Below are positions 57,377 through 64,000 of a stretch of DNA of 64,000 nucleotides, piece after piece (position 1 is the stretch's first letter; each line of letters starts with the position of its first letter). The stretch covers positions 1 through 64,000 of the forward strand of contig OZ025694.1 in NCBI GenBank assembly GCA_964019335.1. The letters run 5' to 3'. The position numbers and the translations under genes were made by a program. This DNA is from Diplonema japonicum. Its lineage: Eukaryota > Protista > Euglenozoa: Diplonemea. The notes beneath the pieces are model-generated. The model ran no database searches and was not told the DNA's origin. It saw only the letters and a program-made list of their open reading frames with translations.

Positions 57377-58450
57377 ATGTTACCGGTAGTGGGTATGGTT
57401 GCACTGACCCTGGCGGGATGCCCTCAAAACGATTGGGAGAAACAGATCCTTGAAAAGCACAATGAATGGAGAGGCAACACACAGCCCCCAGCCAAGGACA
57501 TGTACAAGTTGAGGTGGGACTCGAACATAGCCGCGAACATGAAGGCGTGGATCGGGAGGTGCGACAGCAACTGGCCCCACTCAGACCAGGACACAGACAG
57601 AAAGGACGTGGGCGGTTATGAATTCTTAGGAGAAAACCTAGCATACTGCGCAGGGACTGCCTGCGAGGCTAAGATAGGCAACATTGCTGGCTACCTCGGG
57701 CAATCGTGGTGGGACGAGAAGGACGACTACGACTGGGGCAACGACAGATCGACAGGGGGCGTGGTCTCTCACTACACTCAAATGTCGTCTTCCAACATCT
57801 ACGCCATTGGCTGCGCTGCAGTCGAGTGCCCGTCACCGGGACCCTACGGGTGGAACGGGAAGTGGTGGGAATTCGGTTGCCAGTACGGAGAGCGTGGACA
57901 GGGGTACTGGGTGGGCACGAAACCATTTGAGTCCGGGTCGGGTGGCTTGATCGAGCCTGACGCAGCACTTCTTGCAAAGCACAATGGGATCTGCATGGAT
58001 GCAAACACCCCCCCTGCTGTCACTCCACCCGTTACTCCTCCTACCACTCCCACTACCCCTACCACTCCCACTACCCCTACCACTCCCACTACCCCTACCA
58101 CTCCCACTACCCCTACTACCCCGACCACGCCCACCACCCCTACTACTCCTGGTGGTAACCCTACCCCTCCGACCCCGGGAACGAATCCTGGTACTAATCC
58201 TAATCCGGGTCCCAACACTGGGAATGCCCCGACACCTGAGTCAGGAGGTGGGAGTGATGATGGGTTCCCGTGGTGGGGGGCGTTCTTGATTGTGCTCGGG
58301 CTCCTGACGTGTGCGGCCTTGTTGGGCTTCATGGTGTACAGAAGGAATGCTGCCAATAACGCGAATGCCGGGAAGGTGAAGTTCTCGAATTTCTTGGACG
58401 AGACCGCGGGGCCACAGGGAAACGCCGAGATGCAGCCTGGGTCGTTTTAG
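57377..58450 (+). CDS. CAP/SCP (PR-1-like) domain surface protein with a PTT mucin-like stalk and C-terminal TM
   Basis: Signal peptide; HNEWR, M..L.WD, GENLA, WWDEK, HYTQM, IGCA; (PTT)n repeat at ~58040-58150; TM helix. Confidence 0.9.
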   Translation: MLPVVGMVALTLAGCPQNDWEKQILEKHNEWRGNTQPPAKDMYKLRWDSNIAANMKAWIGRCDSNWPHSDQDTDRKDVGGYEFLGENLAYCAGTACEAKIGNIAGYLGQSWWDEKDDYDWGNDRSTGGVVSHYTQMSSSNIYAIGCAAVECPSPGPYGWNGKWWEFGCQYGERGQGYWVGTKPFESGSGGLIEPDAALLAKHNGICMDANTPPAVTPPVTPPTTPTTPTTPTTPTTPTTPTTPTTPTTPTTPTTPTTPGGNPTPPTPGTNPGTNPNPGPNTGNAPTPESGGGSDDGFPWWGAFLIVLGLLTCAALLGFMVYRRNAANNANAGKVKFSNFLDETAGPQGNAEMQPGSF

Positions 58451-58878
58451 TTTTTATTTTTTATTTTTTATTTTTTATTTTTAATTTTTTTTTTATATTA
58501 CATTGAGGTGTGGCGTGTTTTCGACCGTTCTTTGGTGGACGGTCTGACAAAGAAAAAAAAAAAAAAAAGGAAAAAGAAGAAAAAAAAAATTAAACCCTTG
58601 AGCAAAGGTACTTGAAAACTGCGTTCGTTTCACTACGAATTTAGTGTTTTAGGGTGCTTGGGGTTGTTGCCACCGTTTTTGGTGTTTCCCAGTGGGTTTT
58701 GACTTTGGGACTGCTTCTACAACTAGTTTGGGTGTACAAGGGGGGTTCTTTTTTAAAAGAAAAATAATAAATAATAATAATAATACCATCGTTGTGGTGG
58801 GCTGTCGTTTCTTTTTTTTTTTTTCTTCTTCTTTTTTTTTTTCCTCCTCCAAAATCGGAAAAAGAAAAAAAAATATTA

Positions 58879-60298
58879 GCGGATTTGTATTTATATTGTT
58901 CAGCTTTAATAATGGTCTGGGGATTTAGTGTACTGTATAAATTATGTACTTTTTTCGGATTTTGGACCCAACTTGGGACTTTTTACAGAACAATACAAAA
59001 GATTATTTTTATTATTTTTGGCCTGATCCCCCCCCCCCAGGACAGGCCCCACTAAAATCAAAGTCACGTTTTCCTACTTATTTAGCAGTTCCAACATAAA
59101 TAATCATTTAAAAAAATCCAACCCTACCCTGAATAAAAAACATGTCGCTCCATGGCTTCTTGACTGCCCGTGACCGGTACGCGCCCATTGCAGGGGCTTC
59201 AACAGGCCTCTCCCCCCCAGCCGCCAGGCAGGCAGTGGAGGAAGAGATGTCCCGCTTGGAGGAACCCCAGCCTGCCCGGAAGAACAAGAAGTGGACCGAG
59301 GCAGAGAAGGAGGAGCTGGGTGAACTGGTCCGGCAATTCGGCCTTTCAGCCGGAACGCGGAAGTGGAACGAGAAGCCCCCCCAACAAGACTGCCTCGAAG
59401 CCGGTTGCTGACCGGGCGAAACAGGACGTCACAGCTAAGCTACGCAATCGATCCCGCGAGATAGCCCATGGTGGGGGTGGGAGGAAGAACCTGCAGATTA
59501 TGCGTCCTTTTATTCTTGCCTGAAGTGTCGTGGCTTACCGCAAGCTAACAGAAATCACAATCCGGGCCAGGGTTCGCTTACCTTTTTAACGATCTCCCAC
59601 CCGGGTCTGCATCCGTGCCCCCGCCCACTGAGGACGTTCCTGCGCCCTCGCCTGGCCCTCCGCTCCCGCCTTCCGAGGTCGGGCTGGTTCGAGAAGTGGT
59701 GGATGCAGATGCAGGAGTTGACCCGATGGAGATTGATCCATTGGGGCCATTGGGACTGTCAGTCGACCCAGAACCAGCACCCGAAGACCCGGACATTGAG
59801 ATCAATGAGATGTTCAGCAGGCTGGGCATCGACATTTCTGATGCGCCTTCTTCTGACGAAGAAGCAGAATAAGAAGAAATGCCTAACCAAGAAGCCTCAG
59901 CCCCAAGCCAAGCAGCGGCACCAAGCCAGGTGACCCCAAGCCAACGAACGAACAACGTGATGAGGGTGCCCGCCCCAACTGCAGCCTCAAGCAGGTCTGG
60001 TGAGCATGACATGAGCACCCGCGGGAGGGTCTGCCCGTCCTGCGACTATGTGGTGTGCTTTACGTGCAGGACTGGGCAATAGTGAACTAGAATTGCGGTA
60101 ATACCACCCCCTCCCCGGCTGGGGGGTACTTTGTTTTTGTCTTGGGATTTTTTATTTTTAGGGATATTTTCTGGGATTTCTTTTATTTTTGTAATTTTTA
60201 TGTTCTGTCTTAATGGTGTTCTGTAAATATTATGTACCTTTTTTGAATTTTTTGCCCAATTTGGGACTTTTCACATAACAATATAAGTACAAATCCGG
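58879..60298 (+). mobile_element. Internally deleted Tc1/mariner-pogo-type element
   Basis: TA|gcggatttgtatttatattgtt ... aacaatataagtacaaatccgg|TA. A subterminal block repeats directly at ~58930-58995 and ~60218-60280. Internal broken ORFs (HTH-like N-terminus, acidic tail). Confidence 0.7.
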
Positions 60299-61622
60299 TA
60301 AAAAAAAGAAGGGGGAAAAAAAAAAAAAAACATAATAAGAATGAGGGAATGAAATCAATGCCTTGAACCAGCGTCACGTAAGATTTCTTTTCGCACCAAA
60401 AGGGGATAAAAAGAAGCAGTTCATGCATGATAGTAGTGGGTAGACGGGTTCCTGCTTTACTGCAGGATCCTTTCTTTTTTTTTCCCCCCCCTTCTTTTTC
60501 TTTCCCCCCCCCCTTTTTTTTTCCGATTCCCTCCCTTGTTTCAAAAAAAAAAATACAAAAAAAAAGAAGAATTTCTTTGCTTCACGTGGGAGTGCAATTT
60601 AGTAGTTTGTTTTTTATTTATTTTTTTTTTTATTGTGTGCAAACATTTATCTTTTCAAAAAAAAAAAGATTTTATAACTATATGCAACTTGTGCCGAGAT
60701 TCTTTTTTTTTTTTTTTTTTTTTTTTTGCTCGTGCAAACAACAAAGACATATAGTCATGGCGAACTTTTTTGTTTTCTTCACCTACTGAACTTTTAGGCA
60801 TAAAACTTTTTTTTTTTTTTTAATTTCCAAATTTCATTCCTCCCTACCACCACACCCCCACGCCCCTCCCCCACTTTTCCAAAAAAAAAAAAAAAAGAAA
60901 TGGGTCCTGCACCAACATGCGCTCTTCTTTGACTACAAGAGATTTGATGAGTCTTTGCAATTGGCTGTGACCTATTGTGAAAGGGAGAGAGAGAAGAAGA
61001 AAAAAAAAAAAAAGAAAGAAAAAGGCGGACGGCACTCCACACATCAAAAAAACCCTTTTTTATCTTCATTGCCCATGATACATTTTTTATTTCTCTTTTT
61101 TTTCCTGCCCCCCCCCCTTTTTTTTCCCGCTTGAACAATTGTTATTGCTTTAAACAAAATAAAACAAAACAAAACAAAAAGGGTCAGAAGAGCCTTGTTC
61201 AGGCTTCAGCAATCTGCTAGGTAAAAACACCTGACTTGATAACAACCATCAACCCTTTTTTTAATTTTTTTTAAAAATTATTTCCTCTTAATTTTTATTT
61301 TTCCCTTGTTTGATTTTCGACCCACTCCCCTTTCTTTTGCTATTTTTACCTAACTCTCAGCACTCTATGGAGGGGGAGGGTGAATGGGAAAAAAAAAAGA
61401 AGAAAAAAAACAAAAACTGACTGAGAGCTTTAAGTCCTTCATCTTTTTTTTTATCCCCTCCCCTATGTCGCCAGCAATTAGTTAGCACGGGAGGACACTG
61501 CAGCCATGTTGAAGGGGTTTCATTGTACTCAGCCCCCCCTTCCCCCCCCCCCGTTCCAACCCCCACATTGTTTTTTTCCCCTTCATTTTTAAAATATTTT
61601 TGATTTCTTTCCCCACACTAAC

Positions 61623-61655
<33 letters not shown>

Positions 61656-61683
61656 TACGGGTGGGTTACAACAAAAAAGAAAA

Positions 61684-61768
61684 ATGGGAAAACTTAATTG
61701 TGTGAGCTTACTGATACTGGCATCACTGCCTTTGGGCAGTGGGTTTTATATCCCTGGGCAGGTATTTT

Positions 61769-61822
<54 letters not shown>

Positions 61823-61883
61823 TCAAATCACGTATGATGAAGGCGAATACTTGATGCCCCATGTGAATTCGATGACCAGTATG

Positions 61884-61922
<39 letters not shown>

Positions 61923-63787
61923 ACCCACAGGCACTGACGGGATCATCCCCTTCAGCTTCTACGACGTGAAGGTGTGTTCACCCAAGGACACAGAAGAGCT
62001 CGCAATCCACGAAAACATGGGAATGCTGTTGAGAGGCGACAAGGTCCTGAACTCAATGTACACCTTCAAGATGAAGAAGGACACACAGTGCGAGAAGGTA
62101 AAGTGCAGCGAAGGCGAAACCACCCTCACAAAAGACGACCTCGCAAAGTTCAGAGACAGAATCGAGAAAGGCTACCGCAGCAACATGATCCTCGACAACC
62201 TCCCCGTGATAACAACCAAGGGCATGTGGAACATCAATTGCAAGAGGATCAGAAGTGAAAACCGTCTTGTAACAGACATCAGGGGCTTCGCACTGGGAGA
62301 ATGCGCGGAGCTCGCCAACCAAACCGAAACAACATATATCTTCAACCATCTAGACTTCCACGTAACCTACAACACCCACTCCACTACCGATTCCAACGGC
62401 CAGAAAAAAGAACAATATTTCGTAGTCGGTTTCAAGGTAACCCCGCGTTCCTACACCAAAGACTGCAAAGGATCACCAACTACAGCAGAACTATCAGAAG
62501 GCCAAACCGAAAAGCAAATTGAATGGACATACTCTGTCTCATTCAAGGAAGACAAATCAGTCGAATGGGCCACAAGATGGGACGACTACCTCAATAGCTC
62601 AATCGCTGACTCCAACCCAACTACGCATTGGATTAGAATTATCCAATCACTAGTCATTCTCCTCTGCCTGACATGTGTTGTCGGTATAATTCTTACAAGA
62701 GCGTTGAGACTGGACCTCACTCGCTACAACAACAGGGACCAGGAGGAACTGAACAGCATGCAGGAAGAGTACGGGTGGAAGATGGTGGAGGCAGACGTCT
62801 TCAGAACCCCACCGCACTCTCAGTTCTTCGCATCTCTCATAGGTACAGGCGCACAGCTGATCGGGATGGGTGTCTCGGTGACTGTGTTGTCGGCTTTGGG
62901 GTTTTTGAACCCGTCTTACAGAGGGGGGTTTCTCACCGTTCTTATCTTCTTGTTTGTAATAATGGCGTTTGTGAACGGGTACGTGACGGGGCACATCCAG
63001 TTGATGTTTGAAGCTAGAAAGTGGAAAACGGTTATATTTTCAGCGTTCGCATACCCGGGTATCGTGTTTTTGTTATGGGCTGGGACCGCGTGCTTTTTGG
63101 CGGCAAGGGGTTCGTCAAAAACTGTGCCACCGTCGACTATTCTTGTGCTGATGGCGTTGTGGTTCGGTGTTTCCGTCCCGTTGGTGTTGCTTGGTGCTGC
63201 TATGGCTTATAAACAGGAGCCTGTTTCGTACCCCAGGAAGCCATCGCCTGATAAGCTTGCTAGACAGATTCCCCCGCAGCATTTTATTTTCTCGGCATTG
63301 CCGATGTTGTTGGTTCCCGGGTTGATTCCGTATGCTGCCGCGCATTTTGAGATCTCGTTGATTATCAGAAGTATCTGGCAGGGGCAGGTTTACTATGTGT
63401 TTGGGTTTTTGTCGTTGGTGATTCTTGAGGTTGTTATCACCATCGCGGAGACGGTGGTTGTGTTTACTTATTACAAGCTTGTGAACGAGGATTATAGGTG
63501 GTGGTGGTCTTCGTTCTTGGTGCCGTCCGGGATGGGGACCTACTTTTTTATCTACTCGATTGTCTACTTCAACACGATTCTGAATGTGCAATCTTACCTT
63601 GCTGCGTGGATCTTCTTTTGTTTCACGTTCAACGCTTCGCTCGCGCTGGTGTTGGTTTCCGGGACAATTGGTATGTTTTTTTTTTTTTTTTGTTGAAATT
63701 TTTTTTTTTTTTTTTTTTTTTAAAACAGGTTTCTTCTCTGCGTTCATTTTCGTCAAGATTATCTACTCCAGTATTAAGGCCGATTAA
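61684..63787 (+). CDS. TM9SF: Nonaspanin / transmembrane 9 superfamily (EMP70) protein; exons 61684-61761, 61821-61878, 61931-63670, 63729-63787
   Basis: Signal peptide then FYIPG, VNSMTS, ENMG..L.GD, LDNLP, WATRWDDYL, GWKMV..DVFR.P, EDYRWWW, C-terminal IKAD (KxD). Three GT-AG introns restore the frame. Confidence 0.93.
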
Positions 63788-64000
63788 GAACAGCGAGATT
63801 TTTTTTTTTTTTTTTTTTATTTCGGAGAGAATAAAAAAAAAAGAAAAAAATAATGACACTAATAATAGCAATTTTATTTACGGGGCATGAAGTATGGCCC
63901 CCGAGACAGATTTTTTAACTTTTAACTTTTTAAAAAAAAAATGGTTCAGGGAGGGGGGCCAAGGCCGAACCTGTCGAGGGAGAAGGTAAAACCCCTACTT

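Overview
Eukaryotic nuclear DNA, most likely a diplonemid-type euglenozoan (inference). All 15 intact genes lie on the + strand, as in a polycistronic unit. Many start just after an AG acceptor, several carry very short GT-AG cis-introns, and a decayed fragment appears to carry the 3' end of the euglenozoan spliced leader. Intergenic DNA is homopolymer-rich and full of transposon relics. Gene order: CCCH zinc-finger protein; two near-identical receptor-type adenylate cyclases (TM-sensor-TM-HAMP-AC-pseudoAC); two PIN-LIKES/AEC transporters; phosphatidylserine-decarboxylase-family enzyme; 5'-nucleotidase-like/pseudo-cyclase membrane fusion; kinesin; acidic EF-hand protein; PHO80-like cyclin; 2-hydroxyacid dehydrogenase; P4H-like Fe/2OG dioxygenase; TMEM151-like protein; CAP-domain surface protein; TM9SF nonaspanin. 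The first ~6 kb is a nest of transposon relics: a piggyBac split by a TIR element with a 7-bp TSD, itself filled with short repeats. The most notable signals are: (1) near-total CpG-to-TpG/CpA decay concentrated in that nest, pointing to repeat-targeted CpG methylation; (2) paralog pairs homogenised from the splice acceptor onward except for discrete hypervariable patches; (3) a probable spliced-leader-bearing centrin retrocopy; (4) a family of chemoreceptor-like cyclases and pseudo-cyclases; (5) 31-59 nt introns lacking polypyrimidine tracts. All calls come from reading the sequence by eye; no database searches were run.
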